Shown here in pieces: positions 18,163-28,429 of a stretch of 64,000 nucleotides of DNA (positions within the stretch are counted from its first letter, which is position 1; every line of letters begins with the position of its first letter). Where the stretch lies: NCBI GenBank assembly GCA_046542845.1, contig JBKHAN010000002.1, positions 15,396 through 79,395 on the forward strand, given 5' to 3'. The translations under genes were made by a program, and so were the position numbers. The stretch comes from Spirochaetaceae bacterium (GTDB lineage Bacteria > Spirochaetota > Spirochaetia > DSM-27196 > SKKC01). The notes beneath the pieces are model-generated. The model saw nothing but the letters and a program-made list of their open reading frames with translations. It had not been told where the DNA came from and made no database searches.

Positions 18163-19337
18163 TATTTCGCCTGCTTTTCGACTTCTACAATGTCTGAGAC
18201 GAAGATCCTGTTATCGACAGCCTTGACTTCTTTGCTCTTCAGAAGCTCGCGTATCGCCGAGTTACCCTCGCCCATGGGCAGCCCGATCATGTTAATGAGT
18301 TCCTTCGGTCCGAAGTCGAAGGTGTGGGTCTGCCCCGACCGGATCGGTACTCTCGCTTTCTCGAGCTGTATCCAGAGAGCGTCCCAGAGACGCCCCGTGG
18401 TATCGGTCAGCAGGGTATTCGCGAGCTGTTTGTAGATGAACCAGATCCGCTCCGCGAGCAGCGTCGTAAGCCGCGCGATAATCTGCGGCTGACTTCGCAC
18501 CATTCGCCCGAAATTCTCCCGGTTCACCGCGAGCACCGTTGTGTCTTCGTACGCTACAGCCGACGCGCTTCTCGGCTTGTTTTCGATAAGACTCATTTCA
18601 CCGAAAATATCGCCGGGCTTCAGAACGGCGAGTAACACCTCGGTGTTGTTTACGACCTTGGTGATTTTGACGCTACCCTTCTGAATAATGTAGAGTTCCT
18701 GACCGGGCATGCTTTCGGTAAAAATCATGGTTTCTTTCGGATAGACCCGGTTGAACTGTGTGTCGTCTCCGTCGAGGTAAACCGTTTTTGCGTAGGGCTC
18801 GATTTTCTTCAGGCGCTCGGTCGCCGTATCCCGGTTTTTCCCTTGAGGGCAGAACTTCAGGTACTGATAGTATGCGTAGTAGGCCTGGTTGTACTGGTTC
18901 TGCTTCGCATAGAACTCCGCCACAAAGAACAGGTGCTCGGTGCCTTCGTCTGCCTGCTCTTTGAGCGTCAGACGAGCGAGGTGCTCGTCGAGATACCTCA
19001 TTCTTCGTGAGAAGCCTTCGATAATTTTCATGGCTACGGGGGTATTTTTCTCTATGAGCATCCCGTACTGCTCGCGGTGAACCGAAATAAGCGTGACGTC
19101 CGTGACGGCCTGAGCGGTCTCGATATGGCTGTGATTGCTCATAGTCGAGACGACACCGAAGAAATCTCCGGGGCCGAGTATGTTGCCGCCTTCCTCCTCG
19201 ACAACTTCGACTTCCTTGCTGATACGGATCTTTCCCTGCCGGATTATATAAAAGTGGTCCGCCTTCTGTTTACCCTCAACAATGATGTACGCACCCTTGT
19301 TGAAGTTGACCATTGATAATTGAAGCGGGTTACTCAT
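18108..19337 (-). CDS. Protein with two tandem cyclic-nucleotide-binding (CAP_ED) domains
   Basis: Two cNMP-binding signatures: FNKGAYIIVEGKQKADHFYIIRQGKIRI...GPGDFFGVVS and GQELYIIQKGSVKITKV...LKPGDIFGEMSLIENKPRSASAVA. The 3' end overlaps the convergent RND-like gene by 55 nt. Confidence 0.88.
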   Translation of the reverse strand: MSNPLQLSMVNFNKGAYIIVEGKQKADHFYIIRQGKIRISKEVEVVEEEGGNILGPGDFFGVVSTMSNHSHIETAQAVTDVTLISVHREQYGMLIEKNTPVAMKIIEGFSRRMRYLDEHLARLTLKEQADEGTEHLFFVAEFYAKQNQYNQAYYAYYQYLKFCPQGKNRDTATERLKKIEPYAKTVYLDGDDTQFNRVYPKETMIFTESMPGQELYIIQKGSVKITKVVNNTEVLLAVLKPGDIFGEMSLIENKPRSASAVAYEDTTVLAVNRENFGRMVRSQPQIIARLTTLLAERIWFIYKQLANTLLTDTTGRLWDALWIQLEKARVPIRSGQTHTFDFGPKELINMIGLPMGEGNSAIRELLKSKEVKAVDNRIFVSDIVEVEKQAKYYRKMQRIARQREEMRRR

Positions 19338-19392
19338 GGCGAAATCCGGTTAACAGCCTTGAGTGAAGTATAGGAGCCGGTGATTTCCTTTG

Positions 19393-20706
19393 TCAATTGG
19401 ACGCAAAGAGAGGATACTCCCGTGTGAGATTCTGGACTTCCGCTCCAACCTCGCGGACGACGTTGTCGTCGCCGCCGGATTCCAGCACCCGGATAATGAA
19501 CCTGGCGATGTGCGACATCTCCGTCGGTCCCATGCCCCGGGTGGTTACAGCCGGTGTGCCTATGCGTATACCCGATGTAACCAGCGGACTGCGGGTATCA
19601 AAGGGTATGCCGTTCTTGTTCACCGTAATGTGAGCCCGATCGAGCGCTTTCTCCGCTTCCTTTCCGCTGATGCCGAATGGGGTAACGTCGACGAGGCAGA
19701 GGTGGTTGTCGGTACCGCCCGAGATAACCCGTCCACCTGCAGCGGAAATCTCCCGAGCGATGACGGACGCATTTTCGACGACCCTTCGCTGATAGTCGAT
19801 AAACGACGGTTCAAGAGCGAGCTTCAGGGCAACTGCTTTTGCTGCGATTATGTGCATCAGCGGACCGCCCTGTACGCCGGGCATCACCGACGAGTCAATA
19901 AGCTCCGACCAGTTTCGGGTGCGTCCGGACTTCGGAGCGACGACTCCCTTGTTGTTTGGCCCATCGGATCCGATGATGATGAGCCCCCCGCGCGGGCCCC
20001 TCAGGGTTTTGTGCGTCGTCGTTGTCACGAAGTGCGCGTGCGGGACCGGAGACGGGTGCACGCCCGCGGCGACAGGCCCGGCGATATGCGCCATATCCGT
20101 GAGAAAATACGCGCCAACTTCGTCGGCAATCGACCGAAACGCCTGAAAATCAATGACGCGGGAATAGGCACTCGCCCCTGCGATAATGAGCTTTGGTCGG
20201 TGCTCGCGGGCTATACGTGCGATCTCATCGTAATCGAGACGTTCGGTATCGCGATCTACCCCGTAGGTTACCGTCGTATACAACTGCCCGGAAAAGTTGA
20301 CCTTCGCACCGTGGGTCAGATGCCCCCCGTGGGCAAGATCCATGCCCATTATGGTGTCACCGGGTTCGAGGAGGCTGAAATATACCGCCATATTGGCAGT
20401 GCTGCCGGAATGCGGCTGCACATTCACGTATTCGGCCTCGAACAGGCGTCGTCCCCGATCTCGCGCCAGGTCTTCGGCAATATCGACAAACTCACAACCG
20501 CCGTAATAGCGGTTGCCGGGATAGCCTTCGGCGTACTTGTTCGTCAGGATACTGCCGGCCGCTTCAAGCACTTCCGGTGAAGCATAGTTCTCGCTTGCGA
20601 TCAGCTCGAGGTTTCCACTCTGGCGTTCCTGTTCCTGCTCGAGTACGCGCGCAAGTTCAGGATCGACGGACGCAAGACCCCTGGCTATCGTCTGCAAATC
20701 GGACAT
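19393..20706 (-). CDS. glyA: Serine hydroxymethyltransferase
   Basis: [43 protein letters not shown] and the PLP-lysine motif [14 protein letters not shown]. Confidence 0.97.
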   Translation of the reverse strand: MSDLQTIARGLASVDPELARVLEQEQERQSGNLELIASENYASPEVLEAAGSILTNKYAEGYPGNRYYGGCEFVDIAEDLARDRGRRLFEAEYVNVQPHSGSTANMAVYFSLLEPGDTIMGMDLAHGGHLTHGAKVNFSGQLYTTVTYGVDRDTERLDYDEIARIAREHRPKLIIAGASAYSRVIDFQAFRSIADEVGAYFLTDMAHIAGPVAAGVHPSPVPHAHFVTTTTHKTLRGPRGGLIIIGSDGPNNKGVVAPKSGRTRNWSELIDSSVMPGVQGGPLMHIIAAKAVALKLALEPSFIDYQRRVVENASVIAREISAAGGRVISGGTDNHLCLVDVTPFGISGKEAEKALDRAHITVNKNGIPFDTRSPLVTSGIRIGTPAVTTRGMGPTEMSHIARFIIRVLESGGDDNVVREVGAEVQNLTREYPLFASN

Positions 20707-20807
20707 GAAGTACCTCGTTTAAAAAGGGCATGAATCGTTCGGGCTGCAGTTTGAGAATAGGAGATGCGTCGACCCATGTCAACGACAGAACCGTGGAACG
20801 CTTTCTC

Positions 20808-20836
20808 TTGTAACCTGCAGGGCCACGGGATACACT
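20808..20836 (+). promoter_or_regulatory. Sigma70-like promoter TTGTAA-N17-TACACT immediately upstream of the MCP start; possible leaderless mRNA
   Basis: -35 TTGTAA at 20808-20813 and -10 TACACT at 20831-20836. Only 7 nt separate the -10 element from ATG 20844, and there is no Shine-Dalgarno in between. Confidence 0.35.
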
Positions 20837-20843
20837 AATAATC

Positions 20844-22748
20844 ATGAAACTCGGTACTAAATTGAATCTCTCTATTATTGTCGTTGTGATCGGTTTCGCG
20901 GTGAGCATCAGCTTTCTCGTGCTGACCATACAGAACGCGCGGCGGCTGCAGTCACTCATGGTCAGTACACAGAGAGCTCTCCTCGCGACAAGCAGCTCAA
21001 CAATAGCCTCGCAACAGCTGTTGAATACAACGACGTCGCTCGAAGAAGCGTACTCGGAATTTCTGGAGAAGCGCGATGAGGCGCACGTTGCCATACAGGA
21101 CCTCGCCGACCATCCCACGCTGGCGATGCTGCCGTCTGAAGCACGCGACGTTGCGCGAGGTTCTCTTTCCGTCTGGGAGCTTAACCTTGAGCAGTACAAC
21201 CCGGTTGACGACAATCTGGACATCATCCTGGAGGCCGAGCTTCCTGTTGGTGTGATTCGAACCGGGCTTACTCGAATGGCGCGGTCGCTGCAGTCCTTCG
21301 ACGACCGAGCGAGTCAGTCACTCATGTTTCGCATTATCAACACCGAGTCCACGATTACCAGGGTTGTTGATCTCTCAGCCGAGTTTGTCGCGGAACGACT
21401 CGGCCTTATAACCGAGGCAATCGCCGGAACATCAGCAGAGATTATCGACCGGAACCTGCGGATCTCCCTCCTGACCGCCGCTGTCATGACCATAGCGGGG
21501 ATGCTCTTCATGGTACTCTACACCCGCAGAATCGCGGCGAGAGTCGGCAGATTGCTGGCGGTCGTTACCCGTATCGCCGATCAGGACCTGACGGCGACAT
21601 ATGCCGATACTACCCGGGACGAAATCGGCGAGCTCGCCGGCTCGGTACAGACGGTGACCAAAGGACTGCTCATATTTCTCACGTCGGTCATCGAGGCGAT
21701 CCGGCGAGCCGACGAACTTCAACAGACGCTCGGAGCGGCGAACGAAGAGTCCGCATCGGCTTTGAACCAGATCACGCGAAACATCGAAAACATACGGGCA
21801 CGCTTCAACTCGCTCAACGAGAGCGTTAACGGTTCGAGCGACGCCGTCAGCGCCATAGACGAACGGATACAGGGACTTCGCACCGATATGGCAAAGCAGA
21901 CCGAAAACATCGAGTCGATCTCAAGCTCGATCGAAGAGATGGCCGCGAACATTCAGAACGTCGCGCGTCTGAGCGAAGACCGCCGCGTTCGTGCTGACGA
22001 GATATCGACGACCGTGCACGACGGCAGCGAGAAAATGGAATCGACGACTGCCATAATTCGGAGCGTCTCGCAGGACATCGACAATATTCTTGAGATTATT
22101 GAAATTATTAACGGGGTCAGTGAACAGACCCACTTGTTGAGCATGAACGCCGCGATCGAGAGCGCTCACGCGGGAGAGGCAGGCCGCGGCTTTGCTGTAG
22201 TCGCAGAGGAGATTCGCAAACTTGCTGAAAGCACGAGTGAAAACGCGGGAAACATAGACCGGACGCTCCGTGACATTACCTCAAAGATTTCCGAGGCGAC
22301 ACGCTCGAGTGAAGTATCCCTTTCGTCGTTCGAGGAACTACAGGGAGACATGAAGGATTTCGCCTCCGCGATGAAGGAAATATCGGAAAGCATGCAGGAG
22401 CTGGCGATGGGAAGCAACGAAGTGCTTGGCTCGACGCAGAATGTGCGGGAGTACACCGGCAGTCTGAATGAGACCTCGGGTCGCATGGCCGAACGGAGTA
22501 CCGAAATACGCGCGGCGATGCAGACGGTCCAGGATATTTCCACCGACGTTGTGAACGGTGTATCCGAGATAGAAACCGGAGCGAAGGAAATTCTCACGAG
22601 CATGATGGAAACAGGCGAACTGACCGATATGAACAGAAACCAGATGCTGAAGCTTGAGGGTATCGTCCTGAAATACACCCTTCCGTCGACCGAGTCTGAT
22701 GATCAGGAGACGGGGGTCAGTCTTCTCGATCAGGAGGAGACGACCTGA
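20844..22748 (+). CDS. Methyl-accepting chemotaxis protein (two TM segments, HAMP, MCP signalling domain)
   Basis: N-terminal [26 protein letters not shown] and second [22 protein letters not shown]. Signalling hairpin [35 protein letters not shown]. Confidence 0.93.
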   Translation: MKLGTKLNLSIIVVVIGFAVSISFLVLTIQNARRLQSLMVSTQRALLATSSSTIASQQLLNTTTSLEEAYSEFLEKRDEAHVAIQDLADHPTLAMLPSEARDVARGSLSVWELNLEQYNPVDDNLDIILEAELPVGVIRTGLTRMARSLQSFDDRASQSLMFRIINTESTITRVVDLSAEFVAERLGLITEAIAGTSAEIIDRNLRISLLTAAVMTIAGMLFMVLYTRRIAARVGRLLAVVTRIADQDLTATYADTTRDEIGELAGSVQTVTKGLLIFLTSVIEAIRRADELQQTLGAANEESASALNQITRNIENIRARFNSLNESVNGSSDAVSAIDERIQGLRTDMAKQTENIESISSSIEEMAANIQNVARLSEDRRVRADEISTTVHDGSEKMESTTAIIRSVSQDIDNILEIIEIINGVSEQTHLLSMNAAIESAHAGEAGRGFAVVAEEIRKLAESTSENAGNIDRTLRDITSKISEATRSSEVSLSSFEELQGDMKDFASAMKEISESMQELAMGSNEVLGSTQNVREYTGSLNETSGRMAERSTEIRAAMQTVQDISTDVVNGVSEIETGAKEILTSMMETGELTDMNRNQMLKLEGIVLKYTLPSTESDDQETGVSLLDQEETT

Positions 22749-24363
22749 AAACCGGGGGCATTTCCAGCAAAGTGACCGGCGCTACGCTCAGGTCGACCTC
22801 GGTGTCCGTGCTCGACCACTCCGCGTGAAAGTCAGACTGGGTCAGCCCCACGGGGTGCCGAACGGTCCGAGAGGACGGCAGAAGGCGCACCGCTGTCTGA
22901 GCTCCGGCGCTGAGCTCGAGGCGTCGCGAATCAATTCGTCCAAACCCTGAAATGATGCCGGTCTGCGGGTCCTCCGGCGAATCAAAAAAATGCTCGTCTG
23001 CTCCGGCCTCCGCGGCGGGATCCGCCGGGGCCCATCCGGCACCGGGTATCAGGAACTCGACCCAGCTGTAAAACGGCAGCTCGCCGGCCTCCGTCATACG
23101 AACGCCGTGTACTACCCGCGCGGGAACACGGCTGAGCCGCAGGAGGCCGACCATGTAACGCGCGATCGCCTGCGAGTTTCCCTGCCCCTGTTCGAGGGCC
23201 GCATCGACCCCCGCCGGCCCGTCGATATCGAAACTCAGGCTCTCGACGACGGTGTTGAACGCACGTCGTGCGGATGTCAGCGGGTCATTCGATGAGGCGA
23301 CATTGCGCGCCGTTGCGGTGACGCGTTCGGTCGTCATACCGTATTGCGGGTCTTCGGCGGTGTACCGCTCGTATATTGGGGATGCCCGGTTATACTCTCT
23401 CCGTACCTGTGACGGATTGAATTCGAACTCTACTGACGTCCGGGACGCGAGAATCGTCTGCCGGACGCCAAGCCGCGACGCAGCTGTATTTCGCCACTCA
23501 AAAAGAAGCATGTCCCGCTCACGGGCAAGCTCGTCCGGCGAGTACGAACTGACCACCTCAAACGAGCCCTGCATTTGCCGTGGTCGAGGGGACGGCCACC
23601 AGAGCCAGAGACCGGCAGGAAGCTGTTCGGCGCCTGTGGATAATCGCGCGAATAGTTCAACCGCGAATGATACGGGCTCGCCGTACCGACGGGTGACGCC
23701 GGGCGTTCTGATCGCAACGTCCCCAGGGACGCGCCGTTCATCAATAAACTCGACAGACACGGGCCCGGACGCGGCTCCATCGGGAACTCGAACCCGGATT
23801 TCCCTGTCCGTCCACAGCTCGACCTCGTCGTTATCCACGGGAACCGGAACCCCCGCGGCCCCGGTAAAGACGACGGGGCGGCGGTGGCGTGCATTACCGA
23901 GAAAACGGCCCTCTATGACGAGGACATCTCCGACCGTCAGCGTATCGGAAGACAGATCGTCGAACTCGGGTCTGTCGACGCGGTCAGACGAGTGCTGCCG
24001 GGGTATATCGTCCCGATTCCGGACAAGGAGGCCGCTACTCTCCCTGCGATCGGTATGCACGACAAGCAGCCCGGACTCGGAAAAGTCGGGTACCCGGACC
24101 CGTATGCGGGTATCAGTCCACTCAAGATAGCCGGAGGCGGTGATACGACGCCCCGCGATGGATATAGACGACTGTCCTCGCCGCTCACCAAAGTTATCGC
24201 CCGTGATCGTCAGCACGTCACCGTCGCTGTACTCGCGTGGAGTCACATCTTCGACGCTGGGCGTGCGCTCGGTGAAGACCAGCAGCAGCAGGAGAGCGGC
24301 CAGCACCGTGAAAAACAGAAGGAAGACCACGAGGAAGGTGCGAGTGGAGCGAGACGTCTGCAT
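22717..24363 (-). CDS. Membrane-anchored protein with two IPT/TIG-like domains and a C-terminal transglutaminase-like domain whose catalytic triad is substituted
   Basis: N-terminal [26 protein letters not shown]-like segments: [17 protein letters not shown]...[16 protein letters not shown] and [13 protein letters not shown]...[18 protein letters not shown]. The transglutaminase-core-like stretch is [26 protein letters not shown]...[19 protein letters not shown]. Confidence 0.75.
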   Translation of the reverse strand: MQTSRSTRTFLVVFLLFFTVLAALLLLLVFTERTPSVEDVTPREYSDGDVLTITGDNFGERRGQSSISIAGRRITASGYLEWTDTRIRVRVPDFSESGLLVVHTDRRESSGLLVRNRDDIPRQHSSDRVDRPEFDDLSSDTLTVGDVLVIEGRFLGNARHRRPVVFTGAAGVPVPVDNDEVELWTDREIRVRVPDGAASGPVSVEFIDERRVPGDVAIRTPGVTRRYGEPVSFAVELFARLSTGAEQLPAGLWLWWPSPRPRQMQGSFEVVSSYSPDELARERDMLLFEWRNTAASRLGVRQTILASRTSVEFEFNPSQVRREYNRASPIYERYTAEDPQYGMTTERVTATARNVASSNDPLTSARRAFNTVVESLSFDIDGPAGVDAALEQGQGNSQAIARYMVGLLRLSRVPARVVHGVRMTEAGELPFYSWVEFLIPGAGWAPADPAAEAGADEHFFDSPEDPQTGIISGFGRIDSRRLELSAGAQTAVRLLPSSRTVRHPVGLTQSDFHAEWSSTDTEVDLSVAPVTLLEMPPVFRSSPPDRED

Positions 24364-24379
24364 GATGATCGAGAGAATA

Positions 24380-24859
24380 TCAGTTTACGCTTGTCTGTTG
24401 AAATGCCTCTATTCGCACTTCAAGCTCAATATTCAGTGCCTCGGGGTACCCGGGCCGCTGTTCTCCGAGGGGGAAAAACAGAACCGATTCGCCCAGGGAG
24501 ACCGGCAGGCTTTCGAAGGCAGATCGGTAGGTGACCTCCGTCGAGTCTTCGCTGGTGATCCACGTCTGTCCCTGCGCAACGAGAATAATGGACTGTCCGG
24601 ATTCATATGGGGTGAACTGCGCCCGCGCGGTCATGCCGCCGCCTTCAAGCTCGATGTGAACGGCACGTCCCGAAATCGTAATTTCGGTCAGTTCCATGTT
24701 CCAGACCGTCTCACGATCGTTCTCGGTGACACGCGCTGTAATCTCAACGACCAGAGCACTGTCCTGAAGCAGCTCGATCGCGTCCTCGATCTCTATCGCG
24801 TGTACACTGTACACGGTACACAGAAAAAGGGATGTGATCGCAGCCATTCGTCGCATCAT
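24380..24859 (-). CDS. Small secreted hypothetical protein (159 aa)
   Basis: Signal peptide MMRRMAAITSLFLCTVYSVHA. The start overlaps the anti-sigma stop (ATGA, 24856-24859). I recognise no motif. Confidence 0.7.
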   Translation of the reverse strand: MMRRMAAITSLFLCTVYSVHAIEIEDAIELLQDSALVVEITARVTENDRETVWNMELTEITISGRAVHIELEGGGMTARAQFTPYESGQSIILVAQGQTWITSEDSTEVTYRSAFESLPVSLGESVLFFPLGEQRPGYPEALNIELEVRIEAFQQTSVN

Positions 24860-25434
24860 TGCTGTCCTGTGTCTCCGAACGGGCGGGAACCGCCTAGATC
24901 GACCGCGCGAATAAGTCGCGGTTCTCCGGAAAACTGGAATCGACTCTGATCGGGCAGATCAATCTGCACCTGGCGCACCGGTTCAGAGGAATTGACGAGC
25001 CTCAGAAGCTGTTCCACGTCTTCAGCGCGAATCGTAAGATCGGTGTCAAGACCGTCCTGATCTGCTGTGGCACCCGCAAACGCCGGTACCCTGAGAGCGA
25101 GGAAGCTCGCAAGCACCCCGACGGCCAGGATAGCCATTGCCGCGACTGCTGCCACGGGAAGCGACACCGAGATGGTCCGGAATCGATGCGCCGCCGGGAC
25201 GTAGACAGTACGCTTCTCAAGCGCGCTCCAGACCCGCTCCTGCGCGGCGGCGAAATCCGGCTGTGGAGCGGTGTGCAGCTTTGTGTGTGTCGTTGAAATG
25301 CGCTGAAACCGCTGTCTGCATTCCGCGTCCGAGGCGAGGATCGAGTCGATTCGTTCCTTCCACGGAGATGGAACTTCGCCGTCCAGGTGGGCAGACAAAA
25401 GATGGTCGTCAGGGCACATAGACGTCTCCTGCAT
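24856..25434 (-). CDS. Anti-sigma factor (single-pass, zf-HC2-like N-terminus)
   Basis: MCPDDHLLSAHLDGEV...C motif at the N-terminus and one TM segment, VSLPVAAVAAMAILAVGVLASFLAL. It overlaps the 3' end of the ECF sigma gene. An alternative start is ATG 25419. Confidence 0.75.
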   Translation of the reverse strand: MQETSMCPDDHLLSAHLDGEVPSPWKERIDSILASDAECRQRFQRISTTHTKLHTAPQPDFAAAQERVWSALEKRTVYVPAAHRFRTISVSLPVAAVAAMAILAVGVLASFLALRVPAFAGATADQDGLDTDLTIRAEDVEQLLRLVNSSEPVRQVQIDLPDQSRFQFSGEPRLIRAVDLGGSRPFGDTGQQ

Positions 25435-25939
25435 CGAGATTCTTCATGAGATGTTCGCGAGCGCGAAACACTCTGATTTTCACGTTGCCTTCGCTGATGC
25501 CAAGCACCGTGCCAATTTCTTTGTAACTGAGGTCACCGTATTCTTTCAGAATAAGAGCAGTGCGGAGTTTTGTGGGTATACCGTTCAGGGCGTGTTGCAC
25601 CGTTTCCATGGACTCGTCACGCAGAACGAGATCCTCACCTGACTCGGACCGTGGTTTCGGCTCGTGGAAGACCCGCTCGTATGCGCGTCGCTCCCTGCCC
25701 TTGCGTTTCTCGTAATTCAAGGCCAGATTTTTACTCACCCGTATAAGCCAATACTTGCCCTGCTGGGCGTCGGGGATGGAGTCCATCCGCTGATAATACC
25801 GAATGAAGGCTTCCTGACAGATCTCCTCGGCTGCATCCATGTTACCGGTAATACGATACACCACCCGAACCAGAATAGGAAAGGCGTCTTCGTACACGTG
25901 TTGAAACGCTTCTTCGCGATCCCTATTCACCGACTTCAT
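25409..25939 (-). CDS. ECF-type RNA polymerase sigma-70 factor
   Basis: Region 2: FPILVRVVYRITGNMDAAEEICQEAFIRYY...WLIRVSKNLALNYEKRK. Region 4: LILKEYGDLSYKEIGTVLGISEGNVKIRVFRAREHL. Confidence 0.92.
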   Translation of the reverse strand: MKSVNRDREEAFQHVYEDAFPILVRVVYRITGNMDAAEEICQEAFIRYYQRMDSIPDAQQGKYWLIRVSKNLALNYEKRKGRERRAYERVFHEPKPRSESGEDLVLRDESMETVQHALNGIPTKLRTALILKEYGDLSYKEIGTVLGISEGNVKIRVFRAREHLMKNLDAGDVYVP

Positions 25940-25997
25940 ACAGCTAACAACTCTCCGACGTACAGGTTACAATCCACGCTACTAATCCGCGACATTT

Positions 25998-27437
25998 TCA
26001 CACGTCGCGTCGTGTCACACGCGGTCCGTCGGCACTATCGACTATAGCGTAACCCATTTCAAGTACCTCGTCCCGGATTTCGTCTGCGCGGGCGAAGTCA
26101 CGCCGCTCACGGGCGCTCTGTCGCTCTTCGACAAGACGAAAAACCTCGTCGGGCACTGAGGATGTCGTCGCAGGTTGAACCGTATCCAGACCAAGTCCAA
26201 GAACGGCGTCCATCTGTACAATCGCAGAACAGCCCTCTGCGGGAGTCACATCGCGGTCCTTCAACAATCCCCAGACGCGCGAGAGCGCGCGCGGGGTGTT
26301 CAGATCATCCTCCAGGTCGGAACGAAAATCGGACAGGTAGACTGCCACCGGCGATGTCGCCGGTATCTCCATGTTCATGATCCGGTCCCGGTCGGCATCC
26401 GCCGCAACCGCGTCCATGAGCTTCTGAACCTGAGACACGACCCTGCGACGCGCTGCGCGTGCCGCATCGAGCGCTTCAAATGAAAACCGAAGCTCACTGC
26501 GATAGTGGGCGAGCAGGCAGAAGTACCGGTAGTCCAGAGGATCGTATCCCTTCTCGGTCAGCGTATCGAGCGTCAGGAACTCCCCGGCGCTCTTTGACAT
26601 TTTTCCCTTGTCCATGACAAGGAACTCGTTATGAAGCCAGTATTTCACGTACTGCTTCCCGGTCGCAGCTTCTGCCTGGGCGATTTCGTTCGTATGATGC
26701 ACGGGTATGTGGTCGACGCCCCCGCAGTGTATGTCAAGCTGCTCTCCGAGGTATTTCATACTCATGGCACTGCATTCGATATGCCATCCCGGGTAGCCCC
26801 TGCCCCACGGTGAATCCCAGACCATAGCCTGGTTTTCGAACTTGCTTCGGGTGAACCACAACACGAAATCACCGGGGTTGCGCTTGTTTGCATCGACGGC
26901 AACGCGAGCGCCTGCTTTCAGGGTCGACAAGTCGAGCCCCGCCAGTTCCCCGTAGCGCGGAAAGCGGGAGATATCGTAATACACGTTCCCGCCTGAAACG
27001 TAGGTATATCCTTTCACCTCAAGCCGCTCAATGAGCTGTATCATGTCCTGTATATGCCCGGTGGCACGAGGAGCGTGGTGCGGAGGCAGTATGTTGAGCC
27101 GCCTGGTGTGCTCGAAAAAGGCGTCGGTATATAACGCGGCAATGTCCCAGACGCTTCTGCCGCTTTCCCGTGAGCGCCGCACAAGCTTGTCTTCGCCGTG
27201 GTCCCCATCGTCGCTGAGGTGACCCACGTCGGTGATGTTCATGACGTGGTTCACGCCATAACCGAGATACTCAAGCGTCCGTCGTAATACGTCGACGAAC
27301 ACGTATGCGCGCAGATTCCCTATATGAGCGTAGTTGTAGACGGTGGGCCCGCAGGAGTACAGCCGTACCGACGACGGATCGAGAGGCTCGAAATCCTCAG
27401 TTGTACGACCGAGCGTGTTGTGAAGTTTAAGACTCAT
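25998..27437 (-). CDS. cysS: Cysteine--tRNA ligase (canonical copy)
   Basis: CGPTVYNYAHIGNLR (HIGH motif), NITDVGHLSDDGDHGEDK, PWGRGYPGWHIECSAM, HCGGVDHIPVHHTNEIAQ, and KMSKS in DKGKMSKSAGEF. It has a full-length C-terminal anticodon-binding extension. Confidence 0.96.
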   Translation of the reverse strand: MSLKLHNTLGRTTEDFEPLDPSSVRLYSCGPTVYNYAHIGNLRAYVFVDVLRRTLEYLGYGVNHVMNITDVGHLSDDGDHGEDKLVRRSRESGRSVWDIAALYTDAFFEHTRRLNILPPHHAPRATGHIQDMIQLIERLEVKGYTYVSGGNVYYDISRFPRYGELAGLDLSTLKAGARVAVDANKRNPGDFVLWFTRSKFENQAMVWDSPWGRGYPGWHIECSAMSMKYLGEQLDIHCGGVDHIPVHHTNEIAQAEAATGKQYVKYWLHNEFLVMDKGKMSKSAGEFLTLDTLTEKGYDPLDYRYFCLLAHYRSELRFSFEALDAARAARRRVVSQVQKLMDAVAADADRDRIMNMEIPATSPVAVYLSDFRSDLEDDLNTPRALSRVWGLLKDRDVTPAEGCSAIVQMDAVLGLGLDTVQPATTSSVPDEVFRLVEERQSARERRDFARADEIRDEVLEMGYAIVDSADGPRVTRRDV

Positions 27438-27481
27438 GAATGCTCACGTGGCGCTCTTGGACCTGACTGCGCGCTTCCTTT

Positions 27482-28429
27482 ATGATGCGAGTTGTGAACA
27501 CGCTACACGAAATCATGGGCCAAATCAACATTGACGGTATGGTACTCCTGAACGAGCCTATGAGTCGGCACACGACGTTCGAGGTCGGCGGCCCGGCGGA
27601 CCTGTATATACGACCGGAAAGTTCGTCCGACCTGCAGCGTGCGCTCGGGTTCCTGCGGGCGAAGCACATACCGGTAACGGTCATCGGTGGTGGTGCCAAC
27701 GTGGTCGTTTCCGATGCAGGTATTCGTGGTGCAGTCATCGATACGACCGCGGTTTCCGCTATCAGCATAGAAGGAACGACCGTGCGGGTCGAATCGGGGG
27801 CAATGATCAGCGACGCGGCTGAACTGACGGCGCGCTCGGGGCTCGCCGGACTCGAGTTTCTGTATTCGATGCCGGGAACATGCGGAGGGGCAGTCTGGAT
27901 GAATGCCCGCTGTTACGGTTCGAGCATCGACGACGTGCTCGAGTCGGTCCGTTATGTAGACGAGCATACTGAAGTGCGGACGCTCACCGCAGCACACGAG
28001 GAGTTCGCCTACAAGCTGAGCCCGTTTCAGCTGCACGACTGGACGATCATCGAGGCTGTGTTTCAGCTTACCCCCGGCAACGCGGAGGAGTTGACAGAGC
28101 GAATGCGTGAATACTACGAGGATCGCTCCGTAAAAGGCCATTTTGCCCTGCCCTGCGCGGGCAGCGTGTTCAAGAACGACCGCAGATTCAACGCCCCGAG
28201 CGGCAAGATTCTCGACGAACTCGGGGTACGGGGCATGCGCATCGGCGGTGCTCAGGTTTCCACACTGCACGCCAATATAATCGTTAATGCCGGTAATGCG
28301 CGCGCACAGGATATCCGCGACTTGACGGATCGGCTTCGCGAGATGGTCGAAGCCGCGCGTGGATGGACGCTCGAACCTGAGATTCTCTTCATTGGGGACT
28401 GGGAATCGCACCCGAATACGTCCAACTGA
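27482..28429 (+). CDS. murB: UDP-N-acetylenolpyruvoylglucosamine reductase
   Basis: EPMSRHTTFEVGGPADLYIRP...VTVIGGGANVVVSDAGIRGAVI and C-terminal ...GGAQVSTLHANIIVN. The exact start among several N-terminal Met codons is uncertain. Confidence 0.93.
   Translation: MMRVVNTLHEIMGQINIDGMVLLNEPMSRHTTFEVGGPADLYIRPESSSDLQRALGFLRAKHIPVTVIGGGANVVVSDAGIRGAVIDTTAVSAISIEGTTVRVESGAMISDAAELTARSGLAGLEFLYSMPGTCGGAVWMNARCYGSSIDDVLESVRYVDEHTEVRTLTAAHEEFAYKLSPFQLHDWTIIEAVFQLTPGNAEELTERMREYYEDRSVKGHFALPCAGSVFKNDRRFNAPSGKILDELGVRGMRIGGAQVSTLHANIIVNAGNARAQDIRDLTDRLREMVEAARGWTLEPEILFIGDWESHPNTSN

Noticed and set aside
19390-20580. 396-aa plus-strand ORF antisense to glyA. Similar long antisense ORFs occur at 27503-28411 (murB), 30559-31569 (GH65), 35945-37105 (OmpA/FlgD-Ig), 47362-49116 (CysRS-like/MscS), 53497-54639 (fumC) and 58888-60075 (gltA).
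   Set aside because: I checked the glyA case, and it shows the same codon-aligned shadow-frame phenomenon. Each of these overlaps a gene with strong family motifs on the opposite strand, and their translations are low-complexity and Arg-rich.
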